DNA of 52,782 nucleotides from a virus (lineage: Duplodnaviria > Heunggongvirae > Uroviricota > Caudoviricetes), in IMG/VR virus record IMGVR_UViG_2718218129_000002. One strand, written 5' to 3'. The translations under genes and the position numbers were made by a program. Below, one piece after another: positions 1 to 11,714 of the stretch (its first letter is position 1; the number at the start of each line of letters is the position of its first letter). The notes under the pieces are model-generated. The model was not told the DNA's origin. It saw only the letters and a program-made list of their open reading frames with translations, and did not search any database.

Positions 1-234
1 ATGAAATCAAAAGACACCCTAAAGTGGTTCCCTGCGCAGCTTCCTGAAGTAAGAATTATCCTAGGGGATGCTGTAGTGGAAGTAGCAAAACAGGGAAGAC
101 CTATCAATACCAGAACATTGCTTGATTACATTGAAGGAAACATAAAGAAAAAATCATGGCTGGATAACAAAGAATTATTACAAACAGCGATATCAGTTCT
201 TAAAGACAACCAAAATTTAAATGGTAAAATGTAA
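1..234 (+). CDS. hypothetical protein at window edge, possibly outside the prophage
   Basis: 77 aa ORF starting at base 1; lysine-rich, no recognised motif; may be truncated at the 5' end. Confidence 0.25.
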   Translation: MKSKDTLKWFPAQLPEVRIILGDAVVEVAKQGRPINTRTLLDYIEGNIKKKSWLDNKELLQTAISVLKDNQNLNGKM

Positions 235-550
235 TATAATAAACTTACTTTTTTATCATTTTTCCACTTTAACAACATTTTGCTCCACTTTTCCACGACC
301 AAACAACTTGAAATCTGGTTAAAATAACACGCAACACTATTCTTCTTCCTTGAGTCCGCCCGGAACTCGAAAAACAAACCGAGTTAAAGCCATTTTTCAC
401 AAAATCGATTTTGGGTCTCACCAAAATTACGGGGTTGCATACGCATTCGTTTATTTTCGAACGTGTACATACAAATATGCACAAAAATAATCATAATTAT
501 TTTCTGAGATGCATTATGATATGAACACCAATTTCGTATAGAGTCTCACT

Positions 551-1141
551 ATGTCTCGAATTTTTGCTTACTGTCGGATATCAACGCTGGATCAGACCAC
601 CGAAAATCAACGCCGGGAAATCGAAAGTGCAGGTTTTAAAATCAAACCTCAGCAAATAATCGAAGAACACATTAGCGGCTCAGCAGCAACCAGTGAGCGT
701 CCTGGTTTTAACCGGTTGCTTGCTCGCCTGAAATGTGGTGATCAATTGATTGTGACAAAACTGGATCGCCTTGGTTGTAATGCAATGGATATCAGGAAAA
801 CAGTGGAACAACTGACCGAAACAGGTATCAGAGTGCATTGCTTAGCATTGGGTGGCATTGACCTGACCAGTCCAACAGGAAAAATGATGATGCAAGTAAT
901 TTCAGCAGTCGCTGAATTTGAACGAGACCTTTTACTTGAACGCACTCATTCCGGGATAGTAAGAGCCCGCGGCGCAGGGAAACGTTTTGGTCGACCACCT
1001 GTGTTAAATGAAGAACAGAAACAGGTGGTATTCGAACGAATTAAGTCAGGTGTAAGTATAAGTGCCATTGCCCGGGAATTCAAAACCTCGCGGCAAACCA
1101 TTTTAAGAGCCAAAGCAAAACTTCAGACACCTGACATATAA
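551..1141 (+). CDS. pinR: serine recombinase (resolvase/invertase family), PinR-like
   Basis: 196 aa; N-terminal YCRISTLDQ catalytic-serine motif and C-terminal HTH; sits next to tail fibre genes as in Rac. Confidence 0.9.
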
Positions 1142-1238
1142 AAAATAATCTCGGTGTGAGATGCTTTACGTCTTCCAATCCCCCTTCCTTGCCGTAAATG
1201 GAAAGATACATCTAATTATAGAATTTATATGTTTTACC

Positions 1239-1814
1239 CTACGGCAGTGCTGGCCATTCAATATCCTGTGCAGTTGACGTATCAACACGGTTCAGCAATA
1301 CCCGATACTTTTTCCATGCTTCCAGCAACGAGATTTCTTCCTCCGTTGCAATTTCCAGATCTGCAGCATCCTGAAGCGGCGCAATATGCTCACTGGCTAC
1401 CTGCATCAGGTTGTTTTTTGTTTCTTCCGCCTCCCGGATCCGGAACAGTTTTTCTGCTTCCGTATCCTTCACCCAGGCTGTGCCGTTCCACTTCTGAAAC
1501 TCCCCTTCCGGCGATAACCAGGTAACATTTTCCGGTAACGGACCGAGTTCAGAAATAAATAACGCGTTGCCGGAAGCCACGTCATAAACCGTTTTACCCC
1601 GATGATCTTCAACGAGATGCCACGATGACTCATCACTGTTGAAAACAGCCACGAAGCCAGCCGGAATATCTGGCGGTGCAATATCGGTACTGTTTGCTGG
1701 CAGACCTGTATGAGGCGGAATATATGCATCACCTTCACCAATAAATTCATTAGTTCCGGCCAGCAGATTATAAATTTTTATGGTCCGTGGTTGTTCACTC
1801 ATTCTGAATGCCAT
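1239..1814 (-). CDS. tfaR: tail fibre assembly protein Tfa
   Basis: 191 aa ORF immediately downstream of stf with stop/start overlap; lambda Tfa-like position and size. Confidence 0.85.
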   Translation of the reverse strand: MAFRMSEQPRTIKIYNLLAGTNEFIGEGDAYIPPHTGLPANSTDIAPPDIPAGFVAVFNSDESSWHLVEDHRGKTVYDVASGNALFISELGPLPENVTWLSPEGEFQKWNGTAWVKDTEAEKLFRIREAEETKNNLMQVASEHIAPLQDAADLEIATEEEISLLEAWKKYRVLLNRVDTSTAQDIEWPALP

Positions 1815-4800
1815 TATGCAAGCCTCACAATATAGTTAAATGCGATGTTTTTGACGGTGTTTTCCGCGTTACCAGCAGCGTTAACGGTGATGGTGTGTCC
1901 ATGTGAACCAATCGCAACGGAGTGCGTATGAGCACCAATACCGACAGTATGCGCGTGTGCACCTGCGCTTGCAGCAGTGCCGGACAGTGAGTGGGTATGT
2001 GCGCCAGCAGATGATGTTGCATAGTTTTGATTATGCACAACAGACAATCTTGTTGATGCACTACCAGCACCGGAGTTAGCACTAGCCGTGTTCACGTTGG
2101 CTAGTGAGTGTGTGTGTGCTCCAGCCGAGTTTGTAGAGCCGCTCACACTGTGTGTATGTGCCCCGGTGTTATTCGTGGATTTAGTGCCGTAATCAAACGA
2201 CGATGTGGTTTTCGTCCCCAAATCTGTACTGGATGCGCTGGCGCTGTGGGTATGCGATTTAATGCCGTCCTGTTCCTGAGACAATACGGCCCGACCACTG
2301 GCAGGTTTGCCCTTAATCGTCCAGCCACGCATATCAGGGATCACGCCTGACGGATAAGCGGCTGCAAGTTTCGGGTAAGCAGATTTGTCAAAAGCCTGCC
2401 CCTGCATCAGGGCATAACCAGACGGAACGGTATCTGATGGCCACGGGATTGGTGCGCCGACTGGGTAGCTTTCTGGTGGAAGATTTTTCGAGGTATAAAC
2501 TTCTGCCCAGTCTTCCTCAAAACCATAACCGTCTCTTGAAGAACGGTAGAACAGACCACCATTTCTGTAATGCGCCTTCATCTGCAGGGTCCGGCAACTT
2601 CCGACTCCGGTATAGAAGTTAACCAGAATATAGCTGTCGCCAGAGCGGGTGACATTGTAAGCGCCTGATTCGGCATTCCATGGAACGCCACCATCCGCAT
2701 CGGCATATGTATCCGTTGCCCTTCTGGCAAAAGCAGCCACATGCGCGGCGGTTAAAGTAATATCTTTGGAACCATCAAACTCAACACCAGAAACCCGTCT
2801 TGGCGTTTGCAGCTTTGTTGCTGTTAATGCATTACCGTTCAGACTTGCGGACAGTTTGGTTCCAATAACCAGTTCGCCGGTTGCGTTATCAATAGCAAAC
2901 GGTCTTAATGTATTCCAGCCACCATAAACATCACCTTGATTGGTAAGCAGCAGGTAAGTTTTAGCGCCATCATTACGCCATAATGCACCATACTCCCCAC
3001 CTATCATTCGAATCTGATTACCACCACGCGCTACAATTTCGTCTGTGGCAAAAAGTTTTTTGCACGACAAGTTATCGTTAACGATTAACGAATGAGACTC
3101 ATAAAAACCACGCCCACTCTTAAAATCAAGGATAACGTCCGCCGCGATACATTCAGTCGCCGGATTTGTTGCCCCAAACTTATAGGTCGTATCATTAACA
3201 ACGAGATCAGCACCAGGTGCGGATATTGACAGGCCATCTTCAATAAACGCAAAAACAGGGAAAGCAGCGCCATCAACATAGAACACAGAGCGCAAATCAT
3301 CGCCCTTATTACTCATCATTATTGAGTGAATGGCTCGTTCATTGTTTTGATATTGCCAGAACATGCCATAAGCATAACGCCCCCTGTCAGTCCAGCCACC
3401 AGGCATAACAAATCCGTTAAACTCGCAGTTATTCATCGGATCGCCTGCGGTTCGCGTTGCCGTGGTGATAATGACTCTTGATGCCAGTTCGCTTACTGAG
3501 CCAGCAGAACGCATAACAACAACAGGGTAATATTTTCCAGATGTTGCACCTGCAGGAGCGTTAACCCGCACATAACGCATACCACGCTTATCAGCAAAGT
3601 CTGTTTTACTGACCGCGTTAATGTTGTTCAGGAAGCGTCCCTTATCGGGTATATCAGCGCCGTTCTGGTCTTTCTGCAGACGTTTCTCTGCATTGTCATA
3701 GGCTGATTTTACTGCCTTTGGCGTTGCCGCCAGCGTTTCAGACGTACTGTTGGTCGCACTGCTGAGCTGTACTATCCCCTTTTTCGTCGTACTTGCATCC
3801 TCAAGCGCCACGGCGGATGCAATATCCTCTGCCCGTTTTGCCGCTGTCTCGGCGCGCGTTGCCGCGGATTCCGCCGTACTTTTGCTCTGTGCTGCCGCCG
3901 TCGCACTGCCAGCTGCCTCTGTCGCCTTCGTGGATGCTGTCGTGGCGCTGCCCTTCGCTGCGGACGCTTGTCTGGTCGCCTCATCTTTTGAAGCAGACGC
4001 CGATGATGCCGATGACGCCGCCGAACTGGCGGACGATGCGGCAGCCGTTTTTGAGGATTCTGCGCTGGTTTCCGACGCTTTCGCGTTCGTCTCGGATGTC
4101 TTCGCTGCGGAAGCAGACCTCGCTGCTGCGCTGGCCTGTTCAGTGGCTTCGCCAGCCTTCGTTGTGGCTGTTGAAGCAGACGATGCGGCACTTTCTGCCG
4201 ATTTTCCGGCGGCGGTGGCACTGGCTGAGGCCTGCCCGGCACTTGTTGACGCGGCACTGGCAGACGACGCAGCCGCTGTTTTTGAGCCTGCCGCAGCCGA
4301 GGCGCTCTGTCCCGCTGCCGTTTCAGAAGACCTGGCGTTTGTCTCAGACGTCTTTGCCGCCTTCGCGGAATTTCCTGCCGCCGTTGCCGAGGAAGCTGCA
4401 CTACTGGCGCTTGATGATGCGTTCGTTTCTGATGATTTTGCCGCTTCTTTTGAGGCCGCCGCATCCCGGGCCGAGGTCGCAGCTTCTGATGCCTTCGTGG
4501 TCGCGGTGGATGCAGATGTGGCTGCTGATTGTTGTGACGCTGAAGCATTCGTTTCTGACGTTTTCGCCGCACCGGCACTGGTGGCCGCCGCGCTTTTTGA
4601 GGACTCTGCAGCGGCAGCACTTTTTGATGCTTCAGTGGCCTTTGTTGATGCCGTTCCTGCGCTGGAAGACGCTGACTGAGCCGACGACGCGGCCTGTCCG
4701 GCTGACGTGCTGGCTGCGCGTGCTGAGTCCGCAGCATCAGCCGCATGGGTTGCCGCCTCACGGGCTGATGTGCTGGCATCACTGGCTGACTTCTTCGCGG

Positions 4801-5176
4801 CTGCCGTGTTCTGTGCCACCACGGACGCGTTACGCGCCACCTCTTCCACCATCAGTTCAAAACGGCGCAGTGCCTCAGGACGGGCATCATCCTCCGTCAT
4901 GGCACCGAGAAAATCATTCAGCGTACCGGGTCGGGAATCTTCATACACGGTGATGGTCCCGGCATGTGACGGCGGGAATCCTTCCACCAACAGAATAACG
5001 CTGTACTGACCGTACTCAACGTCCATGCTGTAACGCCCGGCTTCATCCGGATTTTCTGAGGCCAGCGTGTTCACCACCACCGTGGTGCTGTTACGTTTTG
5101 CTTTCAGCTGGATTGTGCAGTTCTGTACCGGTTTTCCTGTGCCGTCTTTCAGTACACCTGAAATCTTTACTGCCAT
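1814..5176 (-). CDS. stfR: side tail fibre protein Stf
   Basis: N-terminus [25 protein letters not shown]... matches lambda Stf as recalled; long Ala/Ser/Thr repeat region; C-terminal GAHTHS repeats ending [11 protein letters not shown]; start set at second Met (5176) by analogy to lambda. Confidence 0.9.
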   Translation of the reverse strand: MAVKISGVLKDGTGKPVQNCTIQLKAKRNSTTVVVNTLASENPDEAGRYSMDVEYGQYSVILLVEGFPPSHAGTITVYEDSRPGTLNDFLGAMTEDDARPEALRRFELMVEEVARNASVVAQNTAAAKKSASDASTSAREAATHAADAADSARAASTSAGQAASSAQSASSSAGTASTKATEASKSAAAAESSKSAAATSAGAAKTSETNASASQQSAATSASTATTKASEAATSARDAAASKEAAKSSETNASSSASSAASSATAAGNSAKAAKTSETNARSSETAAGQSASAAAGSKTAAASSASAASTSAGQASASATAAGKSAESAASSASTATTKAGEATEQASAAARSASAAKTSETNAKASETSAESSKTAAASSASSAASSASSASASKDEATRQASAAKGSATTASTKATEAAGSATAAAQSKSTAESAATRAETAAKRAEDIASAVALEDASTTKKGIVQLSSATNSTSETLAATPKAVKSAYDNAEKRLQKDQNGADIPDKGRFLNNINAVSKTDFADKRGMRYVRVNAPAGATSGKYYPVVVMRSAGSVSELASRVIITTATRTAGDPMNNCEFNGFVMPGGWTDRGRYAYGMFWQYQNNERAIHSIMMSNKGDDLRSVFYVDGAAFPVFAFIEDGLSISAPGADLVVNDTTYKFGATNPATECIAADVILDFKSGRGFYESHSLIVNDNLSCKKLFATDEIVARGGNQIRMIGGEYGALWRNDGAKTYLLLTNQGDVYGGWNTLRPFAIDNATGELVIGTKLSASLNGNALTATKLQTPRRVSGVEFDGSKDITLTAAHVAAFARRATDTYADADGGVPWNAESGAYNVTRSGDSYILVNFYTGVGSCRTLQMKAHYRNGGLFYRSSRDGYGFEEDWAEVYTSKNLPPESYPVGAPIPWPSDTVPSGYALMQGQAFDKSAYPKLAAAYPSGVIPDMRGWTIKGKPASGRAVLSQEQDGIKSHTHSASASSTDLGTKTTSSFDYGTKSTNNTGAHTHSVSGSTNSAGAHTHSLANVNTASANSGAGSASTRLSVVHNQNYATSSAGAHTHSLSGTAASAGAHAHTVGIGAHTHSVAIGSHGHTITVNAAGNAENTVKNIAFNYIVRLA

Positions 5177-5185
5177 ATTCACCCC

Positions 5186-5213
5186 ACAAAAAAGCCCGCC
5201 TGAACCGGCGGGC
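5186..5213 (-). terminator. rho-independent terminator candidate between lom and stf
   Basis: GCCCGCC-tgaacc-GGCGGGC hairpin followed by a U-run on the minus-strand transcript. Confidence 0.4.
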
Positions 5214-5240
5214 TGTCATAACACTGTGTTACCTGGCTAA

Positions 5241-5840
5241 TCAGAACTTATAACCGACACCCACGATGAAACCGTCAGTGCGCCAGTCGCCACTGCCGGA
5301 GCCTTCATAAGCAATATCAATGGCCACGGATTCGGTCGGGTTAAACTGCACGCCAGCTCCCCACGCCAGAGACGTGTTGCTGTGGCGACCGTCATCACTT
5401 CCGGTCAGCACGTCGTGCGTTTTCCCCTTGTTGTCAGTTACGCGGAGATAATCCCCGGAGAAAGTCGACACACGGCTGTAAGCCATACCCGCCATCGCAT
5501 ACGCGCTGAACCATTCATTCACGCGCACAGACGGCCCCACCATCACGCTGAACCAGCGGTTACGCACGGAATCTTCATGCCAGCGGGTATCGCTGTAACG
5601 GGTAAGCTGGCGATTCTTGTCTCCTGCATAGCTGAATGACGTCACCAGCCCCAGTGTGTCCGTAAACTCATAACGGTATTTCACGTTAATCCCGTTAAGA
5701 TCATCGCTGCCGGGAACGTTCGTCGAGGCATGAAGATACCCCGCGCTCAGCGTGGACTGATGTTCAGATGCCCATGCAGGCGCACCGGATACGGCCAGAC
5801 AAATGGCTGCGGACAAAATGGCGGCATAAAGTTTACGCAT
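5241..5840 (-). CDS. lomR: outer membrane protein Lom (Ail/Lom family)
   Basis: 199 aa; signal peptide; ends in ...GVGYKF beta-barrel terminus; lies between J and stf as lambda lom does. Confidence 0.85.
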
Positions 5841-5909
5841 AATTACCTCTCGCTTTTCTGCAATAAAAAAGGCACCATTTCTGGTGCCCTTATATGGGTT
5901 ATAACAATT

Positions 5910-8900
5910 TCAACGAATACTGATGCCGGAAGCGGCTTTTTTGGTCACAATCACCGTACAGTCGGTGATATTGCCTGCCCCCTGATTGCCTTTCTGGAAA
6001 ATCTTAAACTCCAGAGTGACGCTACCACCACCACTAGGCATATCAATAACTGCACTGTAACTACCGGGAATGGCCCCTTTAGTTTCTCTGGATGCGATTA
6101 ATACGCCGTTTTTGCGAACTTCAAAACCATAACCCGTGTATCGCGTGCCTCCTGGGTTATTTCCGCTCCCCGGATCGTCATACGCTATACCGTTAAAAAT
6201 AATGGGCGGAATAATAATCTGGCGGTCAAAGTTATGATCATCGCTGATGGTGACTGTAACCGTACCGTTTGGTGTTTCCGTGTTACCCCACGTACCGACT
6301 TTTTTCGGGAAGGCTTTTGATACAGCTTTAACGAAATCCCCTCTGACCTGGGTCGCCTCCAGCATGCCCTTAATCGTACAGTTCTGGTTAATCGTGACAT
6401 TGTTGAGCGTTCCTGAGTTCGCATTCACACTACCACTGATATCCGCATTTTTAGCGGTCAGCTTTCCGTCTGATGTCAGGGAAAATACCGGAGGACTGCC
6501 ACCGCTGGTAATGGTGGGGGCTGTCAGGCGCTTCAGGAACACGTCGTTCATGAATATCTGGTTGCCCTGCGCCACAAACATCGGCGTTTCATTCCCGTTT
6601 GCCGGGTCAATAAACGCGATACGGTTAGCGGCAACCAGAAACTGGCTCAGCTTGCCTTCCTCCGTGTCCTCCATGCTGAGGCCAATACCCGCGACATAAT
6701 GTTTGCCGTCTTTGGTCTGCTCAATTTTGACGCCCCACATGGCATTCCATTTATCGTTAGCGTCCTTCCACTCTTTCGAAAACTCATCCAGTCTGCTGGC
6801 GTTATCCTCCGTCAGATCAACTTTTTCCAGCAGCTCTTTACCGAGATGGGATTCGGTTATCTTGCCTTTGAAAAAATCCAGGTAACCTTCCGCATCATCG
6901 CTCGCCCGACCGACGGCCTCCACGAATGCCGATTTGCCAACGGTGTTCACACTGCGGATATAAAAGTAATAATCATGGCCCGGTTTGATATTGATACTGG
7001 CGGCTATCCAGTACAGCCCCGTGCCAAGGTAGCGGGCTGTGGTTTCAACCTGCCTGATATCGGTAATCCGCTTTTCCGAGAACCAGAACTCAAACTGTAC
7101 CGTCGGATCATAAACGGCAAGATGCGGCGTTGCGGTTATCTGAAAATAGCCCGGCGTCAGCTCAATCCGCGACGGTGCTGCCGGTGCGGCAATCCGGAAC
7201 GATACCGACGCCGGATCGCCCTGCTGCCCCCAGGCATTTGCCGCCCGGACTGTCAGCCTGTAGTTCCCCAGCGCCAGTTGCGTGAAGCGGTATGTGGTTT
7301 CCGTCGTCCGGGCCGTGCTGACCAGCCGCTCACTGCCGTCATCCGCTGCCACGGTCAGGCGAAGCATAAAGCTCACGCCCTTCACCACCTTCGGCGTGTC
7401 CCAGCGGGCCAGTACCTGATACTCCCCGCTGTCTGCGGTGACTTCGGCAGTCAGGTGCTGCACCGCTGGCGGCGTGACACCATTCACCGTGCCGCTCTGG
7501 TCGCCGTCAAAGTGCGCCCCGTTATCCACGATGGCTTCTTTTTCCGGTACATGCTGCACGGCAGTGATGGCATACGTGCCGTCATCGTTCTCACGGATAC
7601 TCACACAGCGGAACAGGCGCTGGCGCAACGTCGGCAACTTCAGCCCCCATACGCTGTATCCGGCAACGCCGTCAGGAACACGGCTCACTTTTACCTTCAC
7701 GCCGTCGGTGACGGACTGGACCTCCACGCTGACCGGATTGCCACTTCCGTCAACCAGGCTTATCAGCGTGGTACCGGAGGATGGCAGCGTGATTTCACGG
7801 TCGAGCGTCAGCGTCCGGCTCTGGCTGTTCACCGCCAGCACGCGCCCGCCGGTGCTGATACCGGCATAGTCATCATCGCAGATTTCAATGACATCGCCCG
7901 GTACATGGCGAAGCCCTTCAGCACCCACGCTGAAGTCCACGGTCTGCGTTTCCAGCAGCTCCGTTTTAATCAGCCACAGCCCGGCTCGGTGTGCCTGCCC
8001 CCGGCTGGTACAGCCAAAGGCATCCATCTTCGTGACGTTACGACCATAACGGGCAATGGCCTGCGTGTCCTCCACAAGCTCTGTCGCCGTCTCCCAGCCG
8101 TTATCCGGGTCAATCCAGTTCACCTCAACGGCATTATGGCGGTCCTTCAGGGCGCTGAAGCTGTAGCGGAACGGCGCGCCATCATCCGGCATCACCACAT
8201 TACTGCGGTTATAGGTCCACACCTTATCCGACGGTCGGTCCTGCACGAACGTCAGCGTCTGCCCGTTCCATACCGGCATACAGCGCATCGCCGAGCAGAA
8301 ATCACTGAGCACATCCCACGCCTTGCGCTGTGTGGTCAGGTACGCATTACAGGTGATGCGCGGCTCCGTGCCGCCAAAGCCGTCCGGCACTGACTGGTCG
8401 CAGTACTGGCCGATGACATACAGCGCCCATTTGTCCACATCCGCCGCACCAAGACGTTTCCCCATGCCGTAGCGTGGATGGGTCAGCATATCCCACAGAC
8501 ACCAGGCCATGTTATTGCTGTATGCTGGCTTAAACGTTCCGTCCCAGATACCGCTGTATTGCCGCGTCTGCGGGTTATAGTTCGACGGCACCTGCAGAAT
8601 ACGCCCGCGCAGATGATAATTACGGCTCACCTGCTGGCTGCCGAACTGCTCCGAATCCACCTGTACGCCGACCAGTGCCGTGTTCGGGTAGCACTGTTTC
8701 ACATCGATGATTTCGGTGTATGACGACCAGAGCGTTTTGTTCTGCAGCTGGTCTGTGGTGCTGTCCGGCGTCATCCTGCGCATCCGGATATTAAACGGGC
8801 GCGGCGGCAGGTTATCCACCACCACCGAGGCCAGATACTGCGAGGTGGTTTTGCCCTTAATGGTGATGTCTTTTTCCGTCACCCAGCCACCGTTACGTTG

Positions 8901-9323
8901 TATCTGAACCAGCAGGCGGACTTCCGACGGATTCCTGTCCCCCTTAGAGGTGGTTTCCACCAGTGCCTGCACGCCGAAAGTAAAACGCAGACGGTCAATG
9001 TTTGCCGACGTGATGGTCCGGGTGATCGGCGTGTCATATTTCACTTCTGTACCGAGCACCGTCTCGGAGCCGGAGGATTCAAATCCCTCCGGCGGTGTCT
9101 GCTCCTGCTCACCGGCCCGGAACACCACCGTGACGCCGGATATATTGGTATTCCCCTCACTGTCCAGCACCGGCGTACTGTTCAGCAGCACGCTTTTTAA
9201 TCCATCCACCGGACCTTCAACCGGCCCTTCGCTGATGGCATCGATCACACTCAGCAGCTGCGTGGACTTCAGGTTGTCCTTCGCTTCGCGCGGGGTATGC
9301 CCCTTACTGCTGCCTTTACCCAT
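5910..9323 (-). CDS. J: tail tip / host specificity protein J
   Basis: 1137 aa; N-terminus [34 protein letters not shown]... matches lambda J as recalled; C-terminal about 150 aa diverge. Confidence 0.9.
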   Translation of the reverse strand: MGKGSSKGHTPREAKDNLKSTQLLSVIDAISEGPVEGPVDGLKSVLLNSTPVLDSEGNTNISGVTVVFRAGEQEQTPPEGFESSGSETVLGTEVKYDTPITRTITSANIDRLRFTFGVQALVETTSKGDRNPSEVRLLVQIQRNGGWVTEKDITIKGKTTSQYLASVVVDNLPPRPFNIRMRRMTPDSTTDQLQNKTLWSSYTEIIDVKQCYPNTALVGVQVDSEQFGSQQVSRNYHLRGRILQVPSNYNPQTRQYSGIWDGTFKPAYSNNMAWCLWDMLTHPRYGMGKRLGAADVDKWALYVIGQYCDQSVPDGFGGTEPRITCNAYLTTQRKAWDVLSDFCSAMRCMPVWNGQTLTFVQDRPSDKVWTYNRSNVVMPDDGAPFRYSFSALKDRHNAVEVNWIDPDNGWETATELVEDTQAIARYGRNVTKMDAFGCTSRGQAHRAGLWLIKTELLETQTVDFSVGAEGLRHVPGDVIEICDDDYAGISTGGRVLAVNSQSRTLTLDREITLPSSGTTLISLVDGSGNPVSVEVQSVTDGVKVKVSRVPDGVAGYSVWGLKLPTLRQRLFRCVSIRENDDGTYAITAVQHVPEKEAIVDNGAHFDGDQSGTVNGVTPPAVQHLTAEVTADSGEYQVLARWDTPKVVKGVSFMLRLTVAADDGSERLVSTARTTETTYRFTQLALGNYRLTVRAANAWGQQGDPASVSFRIAAPAAPSRIELTPGYFQITATPHLAVYDPTVQFEFWFSEKRITDIRQVETTARYLGTGLYWIAASINIKPGHDYYFYIRSVNTVGKSAFVEAVGRASDDAEGYLDFFKGKITESHLGKELLEKVDLTEDNASRLDEFSKEWKDANDKWNAMWGVKIEQTKDGKHYVAGIGLSMEDTEEGKLSQFLVAANRIAFIDPANGNETPMFVAQGNQIFMNDVFLKRLTAPTITSGGSPPVFSLTSDGKLTAKNADISGSVNANSGTLNNVTINQNCTIKGMLEATQVRGDFVKAVSKAFPKKVGTWGNTETPNGTVTVTISDDHNFDRQIIIPPIIFNGIAYDDPGSGNNPGGTRYTGYGFEVRKNGVLIASRETKGAIPGSYSAVIDMPSGGGSVTLEFKIFQKGNQGAGNITDCTVIVTKKAASGISIR

Positions 9324-9383
9324 TCGTCATGCTCCATAAACGATAAAACCGCCCGGAGGCGGTTTCACATAAAACGTTTTTCA

Positions 9384-10031
9384 TCAGCGACCAATCACCA
9401 CAACCTGACCACCATCCCCTTCGTCTGCCGTGCTGATCTCCTGAGAGACCACCCGCGACCCCACGCGCATTTCACCGTACAGAACGGGCAGAACATTGCC
9501 CTGGGCAACCATGTTATCCAGTGACGAGAAATACGTGTTCTGTTTGCCGTTATCTGTACTGGCTGCCGTGGGCGTCCTGGCTTTCGGTGCCAACATCTGC
9601 GCCACACCGCCCAGGATCATACTGGCCCCTGCCGCATACATACCCGATACAGCCGTGGCCCCCAGCCAGCCCACAGGGTTCCACCATGCAACCGCAATCA
9701 GCGCCGCCCCCAGCACTGCCTGAAAAATACCGCCACTTTTAGCACCCGCCGGACGCGGTACGATGTGGATCACGGCACCATTTTCCAGCGGCTCATTAAG
9801 ACGGGCAGACAATTCAGTTTCACCTGCATCACGCCCGGCAATGCGTACCTGGTACCAGCCGTCGCTCAGTTTCTGACGAAATGCCGGGATCTGCATGGCC
9901 AGCGCCCGGATGGCTTCGGACCCCGTTTTCACTCGAAGGTCGATGCGGCGGCCAAATCGTTGTAAATCCCCGTAAAGGCAGATGCGTGCCATGCCCGGTG
10001 ACGCCAGAGGGAGTGTGTGCGTCGCTGCCAT
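9384..10031 (-). CDS. I: tail assembly protein I
   Basis: 215 aa; MAATHTLPLASPGMARICLYGDLQRFGRR... matches lambda I as recalled. Confidence 0.85.
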   Translation of the reverse strand: MAATHTLPLASPGMARICLYGDLQRFGRRIDLRVKTGSEAIRALAMQIPAFRQKLSDGWYQVRIAGRDAGETELSARLNEPLENGAVIHIVPRPAGAKSGGIFQAVLGAALIAVAWWNPVGWLGATAVSGMYAAGASMILGGVAQMLAPKARTPTAASTDNGKQNTYFSSLDNMVAQGNVLPVLYGEMRVGSRVVSQEISTADEGDGGQVVVIGR

Positions 10032-10672
10032 TTGTCGGTGTACCTCTCTCGTTTGCTCAGTTGTTCAGGAATATGGTGCAGCAGCTCGCTGTCACCACAG
10101 TAAATGGCGGCATGATTCGGCACCGATGAACCAAAACAGCACAGCAGCACATCGCCCGGCTGCGCCGCTGACAACGGCACCTGATACAGCCCTGTGGCCT
10201 CCAGATTATCCAGATAGAGATTCTGACCGTTACGCCACCAGTTATCCCCGCGATGAAAATCCGGCATCTCAATTCCCGCCAGATGGTAAGCGTCCCGGAA
10301 CAGCGTGTAACAGTCCGTCACCCCGTGCTCAAAGCGCCGCCCGGTGAGATGCGGCACACAGCGGAATTTATGAATCGCCCCCCGGCAGACCAGCCACCAC
10401 GGCAAATCACTCTGTACCTGCAGCCGCCGGTCGGCCTCACTCAGCCAGGGCAGACCACCGGGGTGGCTGTGGACCAGCGCCACAATCTCTCCCTGCATTT
10501 CTGCACTCAGCCAGTCCTCCGGCGACATCCGGAAATACGCCTCCGGCTCACCGGAGATATTCACGCAGGGAAAATATCTTTCCTCCTCCGGCGTTCTCAC
10601 CACGAAGCCGCACGACTCCGCTGGCGCACATCGCCGGGCGTGCGCCAGAATCGCTGATTCTGTCTCTGTCAT
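9929..10672 (-). CDS. K: tail assembly protein K (JAMM/MPN plus NlpC/P60 domains)
   Basis: HSHPGGLPWLSEAD fits the JAMM HxHx7Sx2D motif; DCYTLF cysteine of an NlpC/P60 fold; overlaps I by about 100 nt as in lambda. Confidence 0.85.
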   Translation of the reverse strand: MTETESAILAHARRCAPAESCGFVVRTPEEERYFPCVNISGEPEAYFRMSPEDWLSAEMQGEIVALVHSHPGGLPWLSEADRRLQVQSDLPWWLVCRGAIHKFRCVPHLTGRRFEHGVTDCYTLFRDAYHLAGIEMPDFHRGDNWWRNGQNLYLDNLEATGLYQVPLSAAQPGDVLLCCFGSSVPNHAAIYCGDSELLHHIPEQLSKRERYTDKWQRRTHSLWRHRAWHASAFTGIYNDLAAASTFE

Positions 10673-10677
10673 GGGAT

Positions 10678-11376
10678 TTACTGCGAAAGTTTGTTAATGG
10701 AAAGGAAGCTGCCAAAGTTGCCGACATTATTGCGAAACTTACAGCCACTCAGGCATTTGCTGCATTTATCCTTCGTGATATCGGACGTCGGCTGGTCATA
10801 TTCATCCGCGACCGCCGGACCGCTATAACCGCACTCATCGCCGCGATAGGTCCAGGTGCAGGTGTTGGCCAGCATGATACGTCCCGGAAAAACAGCGCCA
10901 TCCGTTTCAGTCGGCGTGGACAGTACAAAAGAGGCACTGACCGCGCTCAGTTCGCTGCACTGCTCGATGCGCCAGCGGCTGATCACCTCCTGCTCCGGAT
11001 CGGCTTCGCTGTTTCCGTTGACGAAGTTCACCGCATCCAGAAAGCGGGCGTAAACCTTACGCCGGACCACCGTTCCGCCGACCAGACTCTGCAGATCTTC
11101 CGCCATCCCGGTGATCATGCCGTGCAGGTTAGAGACCGTCAGTGTCGGACGGGCAGCACTGCCCTTGCCGTTCATCTCAAATCCACTCCCCTGAATGGGA
11201 TAGGCCTGATACTGCCGACTCTGCCAGGTGACAGACTCACCTTTTTCGTTCTGCTCATTACAGAAAAAGTAGCGATCCCCGTCTACCTCGGTCAGGTCGA
11301 TTTCCCAGAGCACCACGCTGGCCGACTGCTCCGCACGAATGCATTCATTCAGCGTTTCCTGTTGTATGTCCTGCAT
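10678..11376 (-). CDS. L: minor tail protein L
   Basis: 232 aa; lambda L-like with C-terminal Cys cluster CSKCLSGC; position after M. Confidence 0.85.
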   Translation of the reverse strand: MQDIQQETLNECIRAEQSASVVLWEIDLTEVDGDRYFFCNEQNEKGESVTWQSRQYQAYPIQGSGFEMNGKGSAARPTLTVSNLHGMITGMAEDLQSLVGGTVVRRKVYARFLDAVNFVNGNSEADPEQEVISRWRIEQCSELSAVSASFVLSTPTETDGAVFPGRIMLANTCTWTYRGDECGYSGPAVADEYDQPTSDITKDKCSKCLSGCKFRNNVGNFGSFLSINKLSQ

Positions 11377-11714
11377 CAGATCACCACTTCGTCAAACTGA
11401 CACGAAAAATCGGTATAGGTGATATGTTCTGTCGCTGACCACGTTCGACACACCACTCTGATTTTTCTGTTAATACCCGGCGGGCGCCAAAAAAAAGATT
11501 TATAGCCTTCATGCCGGGCTAAAAATTTTTCAAATGAATCACGTTCATTCGCCTCAACTTTGAAATCACAGGTGAAAACGCGCAGAGAATGATTAAGTCC
11601 ATTTGGACTTCGTTGCTCATAACCATCGCCAAATCTTACAGTTTTTATCGATGGTTTATTTTCTGTTTTCATTCCATCCTCTGGTAACCAGTGAAATTCT
11701 TCCGTATTAGCCAC
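11376..11714 (-). CDS. minor tail protein M-like
   Basis: 112 aa; [12 protein letters not shown] motif similar to lambda M; sits between tape measure and L. Confidence 0.7.

Noticed and set aside
1142-1238. Possible Gin/Hin-type crossover site between pinR and tfaR (CTTTCCATTTACGGCAAGGAAGG)
   Set aside because: Only weak dyad symmetry and a poor match to the gix/hix consensus as I recall it; no second inverted copy found by eye.
3750-4953. Three long ORFs (309, 336 and 386 aa) overlapping the stf repeat region on both strands
   Set aside because: They lie inside the GC-rich Ala/Ser/Thr repeat region of stf, and their translations are low-complexity Arg/Pro/Gln or Ala/Asp strings; they are frame artefacts of repetitive DNA.
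6699-8393. 564-aa ORF antisense to J
   Set aside because: Fully contained within the well-supported J gene on the opposite strand; Arg-rich translation with no motif.
9929-10031. About 100-nt overlap between K and I, which could look like a frameshift or annotation error
   Set aside because: Lambda K and I overlap in the same way as far as I recall, and both proteins read cleanly; it is a normal out-of-frame overlap.
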